A stretch of DNA of 64,000 nucleotides from a virus (Duplodnaviria; Caudoviricetes). The notes below the pieces were generated by a model. It made no database searches, was not told the DNA's origin, and saw nothing but the letters and a program-made list of their open reading frames with translations. The stretch spans positions 1 through 64,000 of the IMG/VR virus record IMGVR_UViG_3300033069_001378; one strand, written 5' to 3'. Position numbers and translations under genes: made by a program. This document shows, piece after piece, positions 38,372-47,800 of this stretch; the stretch's first letter is position 1; every line of letters starts with the position of its first letter.

Positions 38372-39172
38372 ATGTCATCGACCAACAAAAAACAACAAAA
38401 GAAGGTCTTATCAGCAAAAGACCAAATCAAATTGATAATCAAAGAACACATAGACAACCTAGAAGATCCAAACACCATCATATCTTCTGGCGCGGAAGGA
38501 CCAATCGATACCACACAAGAGCGTGAGATTCTAAAAGAGCTTCAGGCAGACATTGAGAATCTAGAGAACACAAACTTTGAATCCCTTTCAAAGAAAGTTG
38601 AACTCATCGCTCATCATCTCATGGACCTCGGTGATATTGGTGCAGAGAACGCAGGAAGTTCTTTGTTTCAGGTTGCAGAACTTTTGACAAAGCCAAACGC
38701 AATCATGTACAGAACACAACTATCCAACTTGATTGATGATATCATTCAAGAGCTAGACGTTTCAAATGGATCTATGGAAGAACAAGTTGGTGGAATGACA
38801 CCACCTTCATCAAGCATGGAAGAAGCACCTGGACAACCTAGACCAGCATATCGAGGCGTTGCTTACGGTATTGACATAAAGAAGCTAGTCAAAGACTTAG
38901 ATAAAGCAGCAGCTTCTTATTTCGTCAATGACATTTGGGGCGATTTTGATCAAGAAGCTATGAACATTGGATTTGAAGATCTAAAGAAGATGGCAATGGT
39001 CAGAGTAGCATTAGCTAATGCATACAATTATCAATCGGTTGATAAAGCTCTTGATGTCTACAGAAAGTGTGATACGGGATGCAGAGATAAGTTTCCTCCT
39101 CTTATGTGGAAGCTCTCAGAGAATCAATGGAAAGAATCACAGAACAAAAGACTAGGAGTGCCAGCGAGATGA
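38372..39172 (+). CDS. late protein with DQIKLIIKE leader variant and C-terminal CDTGCRDKFP domain
   Basis: TATTTA at 38318, AGGA SD; leader motif. Confidence 0.7.
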   Translation: MSSTNKKQQKKVLSAKDQIKLIIKEHIDNLEDPNTIISSGAEGPIDTTQEREILKELQADIENLENTNFESLSKKVELIAHHLMDLGDIGAENAGSSLFQVAELLTKPNAIMYRTQLSNLIDDIIQELDVSNGSMEEQVGGMTPPSSSMEEAPGQPRPAYRGVAYGIDIKKLVKDLDKAAASYFVNDIWGDFDQEAMNIGFEDLKKMAMVRVALANAYNYQSVDKALDVYRKCDTGCRDKFPPLMWKLSENQWKESQNKRLGVPAR

Positions 39173-39705
39173 AACTAACAACCAAAGTTCTTAAACAGAT
39201 CATAAGAGAACAGCTTGAAGAAGTTGGCTCTTCTGGTACAGGAGGACAAGACTTGGCTCAAAGAATCAAGGACTTCTTTGAATCTATAAGAGACGAAGCT
39301 GTTTCTCTTGGAACCGATATTAGTCTCGAAGATGTTCAAGCTATGAGTGGTGCTGCTCAAGATTTTCTTAATACCGTAGCTACAGCAAGAAGAAAAGCTC
39401 GTGCTGCTCAAAGAGATCCAGAAGCAAAAAGACTTGCTGCACAAAAAGGTCTTGCCACAAGAGCAAAGAACAAGCAAGAAGACGAGCTAGCTTCAAAGAG
39501 AAGAAGAGCAGAAGACGAAAAAGAAGAGAAGCGCATAGCTGCTGGTGGGATGCCAAAGACCATGAGCGACTATAGTGGAACTCCAGATCCACAATACTAT
39601 GAGTTCGATTATGCAGACCCTAGAAGTGGAATAAACATGTACCGTCTAAAGGGCGAAAAGGATTACTACGCTCCAGCAGAGAAGCCAATCATAAGAATGA
39701 AGTGA
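39169..39705 (+). CDS. protein with MKLTTKVLKQIIREQLEE leader (putative internal head protein)
   Basis: AGGAG SD, ATGA coupling at 39169. Confidence 0.75.
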   Translation: MKLTTKVLKQIIREQLEEVGSSGTGGQDLAQRIKDFFESIRDEAVSLGTDISLEDVQAMSGAAQDFLNTVATARRKARAAQRDPEAKRLAAQKGLATRAKNKQEDELASKRRRAEDEKEEKRIAAGGMPKTMSDYSGTPDPQYYEFDYADPRSGINMYRLKGEKDYYAPAEKPIIRMK

Positions 39706-39731
39706 AGAAAGCAAACAAGGACCAATAGAAC

Positions 39732-40103
39732 ATGAAACTAACAACCAAACAACTTAAACAGATGATAAGAGAGCAACTTGAAGAACAACCACAAAAACGT
39801 GTTGTAACAAGAAGGGACTTGATGCACGCAGGCACTCTCGACGATGCTATGCGAGACATAGAGCCTATGTTTGAAACCTATGCAGAAAATGGCGATCCAG
39901 AGTCTCAAACAATAGCAAGTGAATTGCACGATATCATAAGCAAATTATCCGATATGGTCAAAAAGCTAAGAGGAAATCCATCAGCAACACAAATAGCACA
40001 AAAAGAAAAACGTGCAGCAGCTCGAAGGGCGAAGATGACACAAAAAGATGTGCAATATTATGAAATGGGTCGTGATCGCCATCCTATGAATCAACCACGA
40101 TGA
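39732..40103 (+). CDS. protein with MKLTTKQLKQMIREQLEE leader (putative internal head protein)
   Basis: AAGGA SD; 5' 54 nt nearly identical to 39169 gene. Confidence 0.75.
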   Translation: MKLTTKQLKQMIREQLEEQPQKRVVTRRDLMHAGTLDDAMRDIEPMFETYAENGDPESQTIASELHDIISKLSDMVKKLRGNPSATQIAQKEKRAAARRAKMTQKDVQYYEMGRDRHPMNQPR

Positions 40104-40104
40104 C

Positions 40105-40140
40105 AAAAAGAAAAGCCCACCTAAACAGTGGGCTTTCTTC
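40105..40140. terminator. bidirectional intrinsic terminator
   Basis: AAAGCCCAC/GTGGGCTTT between convergent genes. Confidence 0.8.
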
Positions 40141-40158
40141 ATTCTATGAATAGACTAT

Positions 40159-41397
40159 TCAGTTTATGCCAATAGCACTTGTCTCAATCTCTGATGCATA
40201 GGTTGGATGATTCTTGTCATTCTCTGTCTTCATTCTGAATGCTTGTTCAAAGAACGCATCAACGTACTTGATATACTTTGGATTGCTTAGAACCTTGTCT
40301 CCAAACTCTGCCTTGTAGAACTTTACTTCGTCAAGCTCAGAACCATTCTTGTCGATGATTGTGAAAGTCTTCCAAGCTCCTGCACCTGCGATAAACATTC
40401 TCTCTCCTGTATCAATGCCTTCAACTATAACAGGTACTCCCTTTGGATGCTTCTCTGTGTATTCACGGAATTGGTCAAAGACGTTTTCGTGTTCGACGAT
40501 ACCTTTACCAAAGTGGATCTGGAAATGAACCTTGCGGAATGGGAATCCAACCTTGTTCTTGATGAGCTTGGCTTGAACTTCGATGCCGTAAACCATATCG
40601 TTCTTGTCTTTAAGCTGAGTGCCTGGAGATAGTTCGATTCTTGTTGAACAAGCGTATGGAACCGCAAGACCACCGGGAGTGGTTGTTGGTGAGCCGAATG
40701 TCACACCAACCTTTTGACGCTGTTGGTTGATGATAATGAACGTAACGTTCTTGTTTGCAATCAGATTAACGATCTTACGAAGACCCTTACCTACGACTCT
40801 TGCTTGAAGACCGATTGTGTTTTGATCGTAGTCACCTTCAAGTTCTGCCTTTGGAGCAGATGCAGCAAGAGAGTCCCATACAACGACAACAGGAACATCT
40901 TTGGTCATGTTGCGTGTCTTGAGAATAGCAGACTCAGCAATTTGGAATACTTCTTCTGTGCAAGCGGTCTGTGCGAAGACGAAACGCTTTGTTACGTCAA
41001 CTCCCATGTTTGCAAGGTTCTCAGGGTTGGTTGCGTTCTCTGTGTCAATGTAGACAGCGATGCCTCCCATTCTTTGAGCAGAAGCGCAGCAAAGAGAAGC
41101 GAGGGTTGACTTACCTGCACCGTAGTTAGCAGATATTTCGATAATGCGTCCTTCTGGTAGACCGCCTCTGCCTGCATTTGCAATGATGCAATCTAACTGC
41201 CTTGAGCCTGTTGGAATCCAACGCTTAACCGATGTTGGAGCATTGCCATCTCCAAGGTTGAAAGCAACCGTGTCTCCGTGTTCTTTGTTGATTTGCTTGA
41301 TCAACTCGCTTGCAAAGTCTTCGCCGTCGTCCATTGATGAGTTTTGTGAGGATGATGAATTACTGGTGTTTGTTGTATTTTTTGGTTTTGGTGCCAT
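40159..41397 (-). CDS. recA: RecA/UvsX recombinase
   Basis: IPTGS, GLPEGRIIEI..GAGKST, YIDTE, WDSLAA, INQQR, TTPGG, KNKV. Confidence 0.93.
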   Translation of the reverse strand: MAPKPKNTTNTSNSSSSQNSSMDDGEDFASELIKQINKEHGDTVAFNLGDGNAPTSVKRWIPTGSRQLDCIIANAGRGGLPEGRIIEISANYGAGKSTLASLCCASAQRMGGIAVYIDTENATNPENLANMGVDVTKRFVFAQTACTEEVFQIAESAILKTRNMTKDVPVVVVWDSLAASAPKAELEGDYDQNTIGLQARVVGKGLRKIVNLIANKNVTFIIINQQRQKVGVTFGSPTTTPGGLAVPYACSTRIELSPGTQLKDKNDMVYGIEVQAKLIKNKVGFPFRKVHFQIHFGKGIVEHENVFDQFREYTEKHPKGVPVIVEGIDTGERMFIAGAGAWKTFTIIDKNGSELDEVKFYKAEFGDKVLSNPKYIKYVDAFFEQAFRMKTENDKNHPTYASEIETSAIGIN

Positions 41398-41475
41398 TTG
41401 ATGTGTCTCCGTTTGTCTGTATGGATAGTTTAGTCACCAAATATTTTCCCGTATTCAACATTTTCATCATTCCAC

Positions 41476-41510
41476 AAAAGAAAAAACCACCTATTTCTAG
41501 GTGGTTTTCT
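41476..41510 (-). terminator. intrinsic terminator after SSB
   Basis: AAAACCACCTA/TAGGTGGTTTT with a T-run on the minus strand. Confidence 0.8.
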
Positions 41511-41537
41511 CGTCACACTTGCTTAATAACTTCTATC

Positions 41538-42389
41538 TCAGTCGAGATCAGCGAATGCGTCTTCAAGTGCCTTCTTACGGCTGCCTGCTAGTTTGATTTC
41601 GCCAGCATCTTCTTCTGTGTCACGGCTTGTTCCACCGGACTCTTCGGAAGAGTTTGTGCTTGCGCCACCAGCTAGAGCATTGTCAAGCATTTCCTTGATC
41701 TTCGCGCTGCCCTTGATGTATTGCTTGAAGAAAGCCTTAACATCAGGAATCGAGTCAACCAAAAGTTGTGCTTCTGCTGCATTCTTCATGAGCTTGCTTG
41801 GCTTCTTACGTGGAGAGATTGTCCATTCGATAACTGTGTTACCGTTGAACTTCTTGCCTGCGTCTGTTCCTGTCACGGTAAGATCATATCCCTTATCCAA
41901 ATCTGTGAGATCTTCCTCTTCATAATCTGGATGAGCGAAAGTTGCCGAGTAAACCTTTTGGAGATTTCTCTCGTTGAGTTCCCAAAACATTACACCTTCA
42001 TCTTCACGACCACGAACGATGATTGGGAAGTAGTAGCTTGGCTTTGCCTTGAACTGCATAAGTGTCTTGAAGACAGACTTATCGAGGCGTGGACCTGTGC
42101 TAAGGTTAACAAGCATTTCGTTGATTGGGTCGTCCATACCGAATTGATATGGAGCAACGAAACGTCTATCCGCTAGGAGCTTGCTATCGTAATAGAGAAG
42201 CTCTTGAACAGGTTGTCCGTTTCCGTCATTGAATGGAAGAATACGGATATCTGTGTTTCCTTCGGTTGGTTTCCAATACTTGAGGCGTGGCTTATTTGCG
42301 TCCTCTTCTTTGCCCTTACCACCGAAACGGTTGTTCTTGTTTGCAATGTTGCTGAGTTTCTGTTTGATTGCGTCTAAATTGTATGCCAT
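41538..42389 (-). CDS. gp32-like single-stranded DNA-binding protein
   Basis: YWKPTEG..IRILP, DDPI, VRGREDEGV.FW, DLTD..KGYDL, acidic tail AFADLD. Confidence 0.85.
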   Translation of the reverse strand: MAYNLDAIKQKLSNIANKNNRFGGKGKEEDANKPRLKYWKPTEGNTDIRILPFNDGNGQPVQELLYYDSKLLADRRFVAPYQFGMDDPINEMLVNLSTGPRLDKSVFKTLMQFKAKPSYYFPIIVRGREDEGVMFWELNERNLQKVYSATFAHPDYEEEDLTDLDKGYDLTVTGTDAGKKFNGNTVIEWTISPRKKPSKLMKNAAEAQLLVDSIPDVKAFFKQYIKGSAKIKEMLDNALAGGASTNSSEESGGTSRDTEEDAGEIKLAGSRKKALEDAFADLD

Positions 42390-42501
42390 TTGAATTACCT
42401 GTGTTTTCTATTTACAAAATTGTATTACGTTATCTGTTTTCTTACGCCAAGAATTCTTGTTTCTTGGTCTAGATAAGTATGTGTCTAAATGGGTTTTTTG
42501 T

Positions 42502-42642
42502 CTAAGATTTAAGACAGATTCCTACAATTGCACCCAAGGTTAACATGATATACATAAGAGCCAAAACAGCTACGGTTCTGTCCTCAGATTTTATCTTGTC
42601 GTCAATCTTTTGACCGGGTGTCGTCTTGTAGTTTCTCTTCAT
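42502..42642 (-). CDS. small membrane protein (46 aa)
   Basis: MKRNYK...VAVLALMYIMLTLGAIVGICLKS*. Confidence 0.45.
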   Translation of the reverse strand: MKRNYKTTPGQKIDDKIKSEDRTVAVLALMYIMLTLGAIVGICLKS

Positions 42643-42660
42643 CGAATCTTTCTTTTTTTC

Positions 42661-43380
42661 TCAAGCGTCGAGGACCGACTTCTTGTTTGCGTTGCTTGCT
42701 TGTGAACAGACAAGTCTAAAAGCAGTTTGAAGCAAGATTGCTAGCGAAGGTGCTTTGTAAACGTCTGTGCTGTAGGCAGTTTGATGCCCTGTTAGGTTGG
42801 AGAGGCTTGTGATTGCGTAGATAACGTCTTCCGAAAGTGGAACTCCAGCGTTGTTCAACCACCAGATTGAACGAATGTTTGGTGGAAGAATGTCTCCAAG
42901 CTCGTCGTTGACCTTGAACATTTGACCAAGGTTGTTACGATGCCACTCAGATTCTTGAACGATGTAGTATTCCTTGTCAGCCGAGCCAATCTTACCGATA
43001 TGGAAGAAAAGACCTGCGAGGATGAGATCATCGCTCGATACATTGGTTCCGAGTGCTTCGTTGGCTTGAATCATTGCCTTCAAGACTTGAAGCGAAGTCT
43101 TAACAAGACCTCCACCGTATGCTCCGGCAAACTCGGTTTTGGTTGCAGCAGGAGCTACTGCAAAGCGCGATTTTACTTCCTTGCAGAGCAGTAGAAGAGG
43201 CTCGCGGACCTTAACGTTCTCAACCTTAGAAACCAAGTCGAGAACCTTATCGAAATTCTTATCAATCTGTTGAACTTCCTGCATACTCAGTGAGCCAGGA
43301 GAAGTCTGTTGTGTTTGTTGTTGCTGTTTGTTGCCCCAACCATTTTTCTTATAGGTTGAATTACTGTTGTATGATGACAT
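42661..43380 (-). CDS. degenerate HD-fold protein
   Basis: APAA..GAYGGGLVKTSL, LFFHIGKIG (HD residues altered). Confidence 0.7.
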   Translation of the reverse strand: MSSYNSNSTYKKNGWGNKQQQQTQQTSPGSLSMQEVQQIDKNFDKVLDLVSKVENVKVREPLLLLCKEVKSRFAVAPAATKTEFAGAYGGGLVKTSLQVLKAMIQANEALGTNVSSDDLILAGLFFHIGKIGSADKEYYIVQESEWHRNNLGQMFKVNDELGDILPPNIRSIWWLNNAGVPLSEDVIYAITSLSNLTGHQTAYSTDVYKAPSLAILLQTAFRLVCSQASNANKKSVLDA

Positions 43381-43413
43381 TTTGATTTACCTTTGTGTGA
43401 AAGCTATTCATCA

Positions 43414-43442
43414 AACATAGCAGAACGAAAATATAAGTAAAC
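43414..43442 (-). promoter_or_regulatory. early promoter (leadered)
   Basis: GTTTACT-16-TATGTT with TGc; AGGT SD. Confidence 0.65.
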
Positions 43443-43445
43443 CAC

Positions 43446-44822
43446 TCATATTTTCGATATGTCGATTGGGAAGGAACAATGCTCAAACTTTGGTATGTTG
43501 CCCTTCTTGCCTGCATGATTGGCTAACTTCTCAAGTGCAAAAACATAATCGTTGTGAACGTCTAGAAACAAAGCGTCATGAAGAACGAAAAGAGGAACAA
43601 TGCTGTTCATGGTTCTTGTCTCGTGAATTTTGTTTATTATGTTTGCAAATCCAAAGAGTGCTACATCTACAGCAGTTGATTGAATGAAGTAGTTGATAAG
43701 CTTGTAGTCGTCAATGCCTTCCACAAGCATTGGTCTACCGTAGTAGTTATAGATTCTGTTCAGATTGTCAGGGACAAGATACTGTTGAGAAGAGATCAGA
43801 TCGATTCCAAAAGCATCCTGATGCACAAAGCGGTATATCTTTTTTGCAACCGAGACGTCTTCAATCTTCTCTTGCTCTCTTAGCTTTTCTATAACTGCTT
43901 GTTCTTTCGCACCATAGATAACCATAAGAATGGCAAGCTTGACAGCAGATCTTGGAATATGTTTTATCCCAAGGTTATCGATAACGGTCTGGTATATGTC
44001 ATAACTATCCTGTGGAACCTTAAGTACAACAGAAGAGAGAGAAGAAGAACGTGTATATGAAGTCTCTAGAAGAACAGAGAGAAGTACCCTTGGTTCAAGG
44101 GATTTGAAGTCAAGGTAATAGATTCCTCCATTGCCTTTTCCAAATCTTGACTCACCAAGGATCTCATTTCTCATATCCCTTGAGAGCAAAAGAATATTCG
44201 GGCTTCCATCTCTTATCTTTAACCTGCCTGTAGCTGTGTCATTGCGAAGGTACTCCACAGGCTTTGTATAACCCGCTGGAGCCTCTTGAGGAGCAAAGGT
44301 AGACAAGATATCCTTTGACACCGTTGACGGGCTTGTGATGGCTTTTAGAAACGTTCCAGGGCATACCTTGGCAGGCTGCAAGGAGTTGAAGACGATGTTG
44401 TGCTTCTTGTAGACGTTTTTGAAATACCAACCTTCATCCTTGATTAAGGAAATCTGCTCTTTCAAGTTCCTAACAAATTCTGCCAGTTCCTTTTTGAATA
44501 TATGCGCAGGCATACACTTATCCCAGGAAGGGACAAAGAAGCTATCATCTGCATTTCTTCCTATGGAATCGTTCTTTTCCAGGAGAGTCTGATAGCTTCT
44601 TTGGAACCTGATTGAAGGGAATGGTTTAACGTTCAACCTGTATACGTTGCACAAATCTTGAAAGTCTTCCGTTCCAACAACGAGGTTTCCCATGGTTGAA
44701 GTAAAGACTTCATCTACCGATTCAGGCTTTTCTTTCAGATCCTCCATGTTTCTAAAACAATAGAAACCAGAAAGTTCGCTTAAGGTTCCATGAACCAGTT
44801 GTTTTGGTATAAAGAGCTTCAT
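43446..44822 (-). CDS. minimal family-A DNA polymerase
   Basis: TATGRL, PNIL, LDFKSLEPR (A), K..ILMVIYG (B), NYFIQSTAVD, LHDA (C). Confidence 0.85.
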   Translation of the reverse strand: MKLFIPKQLVHGTLSELSGFYCFRNMEDLKEKPESVDEVFTSTMGNLVVGTEDFQDLCNVYRLNVKPFPSIRFQRSYQTLLEKNDSIGRNADDSFFVPSWDKCMPAHIFKKELAEFVRNLKEQISLIKDEGWYFKNVYKKHNIVFNSLQPAKVCPGTFLKAITSPSTVSKDILSTFAPQEAPAGYTKPVEYLRNDTATGRLKIRDGSPNILLLSRDMRNEILGESRFGKGNGGIYYLDFKSLEPRVLLSVLLETSYTRSSSLSSVVLKVPQDSYDIYQTVIDNLGIKHIPRSAVKLAILMVIYGAKEQAVIEKLREQEKIEDVSVAKKIYRFVHQDAFGIDLISSQQYLVPDNLNRIYNYYGRPMLVEGIDDYKLINYFIQSTAVDVALFGFANIINKIHETRTMNSIVPLFVLHDALFLDVHNDYVFALEKLANHAGKKGNIPKFEHCSFPIDISKI

Positions 44823-44830
44823 AACCGTTT

Positions 44831-44860
44831 AGCTTAACAACTTATTCATTTTTGGTAAAC
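44831..44860 (-). promoter_or_regulatory. early promoter; leaderless
   Basis: GTTTACC-17-TAAGCT (TGt), 8 nt, ATG44822. Confidence 0.75.
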
Positions 44861-44863
44861 AGC

Positions 44864-47800
44864 TTAGGAACCGGTAGTATTTCTTCCAGCTTCTTTCGCA
44901 GCTACCACAGCAGCTTGAGCTTCTTGATCGGTTTGAATTCCGTTAAGCTCTCCTCTGAAGTTATTGATTTGGTTCATGATGTTGATGTATTGACCATAGC
45001 CGTCTGTTGGTGCCATCTTGACTCTTGTATCAAAACTTCCTGGACCTATGCTATAGGTTGCTCCAACAACTGAGTAGAAGTTATCGATTGTGGTTCCTGT
45101 GTTAAAGTCCATGAAGAAAGTTTGACCAACGTTGAAGAACGGACAGCCAAGCATTTCAAGTTCAAGTTGAGCAGGAATAACCTGCATAGGAAGTCCGCCA
45201 GGATTTTCTCCGTTCGGCTCAAGAGGTGAAGCTGTATGGGATCTCAAGAAATTGACTGTGGTTAGTCTTGAATCTTGAAGAGAACTCAAGCTTGCATTCT
45301 TGATAATGCTTCCAGCACTTCCATAAATCATATATGGAGCAACGGTGTAGAAGAACTCTTTGAGATTCCTTGCAGAGTTTGGTCCACCTTTCAATCTGTA
45401 TCTCACAGGGTTTGAGTTAGGGATTAGCTCGAGAATTTCTGCTGCAACAGCTCTCTGAATGTTCTCGTTGTACTGTGCCATCGAGATATCAAGTGTATTG
45501 CGTCTCGTTGTGTTTTGTTGAATCTGCTGCGCAGTAAGTCTTCTTCCGTTGTTTGCTTCTGTTGTAATCTCTTGTTGAGCCTGTGCAGCGTTGTGTGTCG
45601 TAACTGCTGTACCGATGCTTGAGATAACATTATCTCTTGTCGAGCGGTTGATTTGTTGAACACTCTCGTAAGGAGAGTTGAGTCTGTCGAACACATGAAT
45701 CTTCAACACAGTTTTTGTGTCGTCAATATCTTGATTTGTTGGATCTTTTGCAGGAAGAGACTCGATATAGAACTCTATCTGTGGAACTCTAAACTCTCCA
45801 TTTGGAGTAAGGTTGGTCAAGGTGTCGTTCAATGCTTGCATGAAGTTAGCTTCACGGTCGCTCACTCCAGTTGTACCTCTAGCCTCTCGACCAGCAGCAA
45901 TGTTTGGTTCTACTCCAACGCCATTCTCTTCCGTAAACACTCTTCTGTAGAGAGGAGCACTTCTTCCATGATTTGTTTGTGTCTTCAACCCATAGACTTC
46001 CGAGACTGGATCGTCAAAGAATGTAGCAGCAAGCCATTGAATGAACTCTCTAAGGTTCACGTTTGATGATTGTCCAAGACTTCCGAGTCTCCATTGCATG
46101 AACTTAAGCATGAACAAGTCTGCATTGATTACAAACTCTCCTGTGTTTATTCTGTTTGCTTGTGCAGCATTAACGTTAAATGGATAGAAATAGAACTGAA
46201 CATCATGATACTTGTCTGTTTGAATCAATGGAATTCCTACAAACAAAAGCAAAAGCTTTGCCAATGAGAAGCTTCCATTCACTCTGTCGTTAGCTGTATA
46301 TCCAATTGATTGCAAGAAGTTGTTGAAATTTGTTTGAGTTCCGTTAACCACAATTCTGTCGTCAAGTGTGTTATCGATAGAGATTCCTAGCTTTACCAAT
46401 GCACCATCTTTGATTGGATCTGGTGAGTTGGTTAGAATCTGTAGCTTCTTTCTCAACATGCTTGCCAAAGAAGTTTGTGCGCTTCTTACGTTTGTTTCAT
46501 AGTTGTTCAAAGCTGTAACAAGTTGAGATACGTCGTTTCCTCTTTGACCTGTTCTTCTTACGTTTCCAAGGAATCTTCTCATTTGTTCAAGAGAAGTTCT
46601 AAGCTCTCTGGTTAAAAGAAGATGATTGACTCCATCGCCTGCTGCATCAAGAATCTGAGTTCCTCTAATCTCTCTGCTTCCAAAGCTTGAGTTGTTATCT
46701 CCAAAGACTGCTCTTCTTAGGTCAACGATGGTGCTTTGAAGCTCTTGGATTGCTCTCATGGAGTTCGAGATGTTCTCGTCGTCAGTTAGAATGCTTTCTG
46801 TTTCAAAGTCGTTTGCACCTTTCATAGAGACTCTGAGTTCAAGGGTAACTTCACCATTCTCTGTCATGCTGTAACTTGCATTGACAATTTGATATTTCTC
46901 TTGGACTCTCATTCCGTTGAGAAGATCTCCATAGAAGTTTCTATCGGTAGAATTTCCGATGGTAAGTTTTTCACCATCTGGATGAAACCATCCATATTCG
47001 AGAACAACTTCGTTTGCTCCGTAGTATTCTGGACGAATGAACTCTGCAATGTCTGCAAGTCTTGAGCGGTCATGAAGCTTGATCTTAATGGTTCCTGTCT
47101 TGTTGCTCATAAGACCACGAGTAGGAACAACATTGAGTTCTACACCCTCAAGGCTCATGAATGGAAGGAACTTGTCGAGAATCTTTTGGGAATGAAGCGT
47201 TGGGTTATCGGTGTAGTTTCCGTTAACCAAACTCTGAGGAGACGTAAACATCTCCATTCCAGCACTCGTATAGAACTCTGGTGTGATTGCTGACGTACTT
47301 GTTGTGGTTGGATTTGCTCTACCTGCGCTTCCGGCACCAGTGGTAGGTCGATCGGTTTTGTTTGCCATAACAAGTGCTCTTGTTACGCTATTCTTTTCAA
47401 TACTAGCTGCTCCATTTATGAACTTAACCAAGGACATTCCATTGATAACTTCTTTGTTATCTCTGGTTGTTGTTGGAGTTCTTGGTGTGTTGAAACGAAC
47501 TTCAAGATAAGGAGAGATTCTGTTAATCTCAATGTTTGGAATAGAGTTGGCAAACAATCCAATAATGTTGTTGTTTCTCTGTGTGAAAGAGACTCTTGCT
47601 GTATTGATAAGGAAAGCGGATAGATGCCTTTCTGAACCAGGGGCATTGATGAGTTCCTTTGCTGAATATCCAATAGGCACAGCAGCACCTTCGCCAACAG
47701 TTGCTTTGCTCATCGCATTTGTTTGCTGTCTGCCTGCTCTTCTTCCTGTAACTGGACCAGTTTGAATTGGAGTATCAAACATATCAAGAACATTTCCTTT

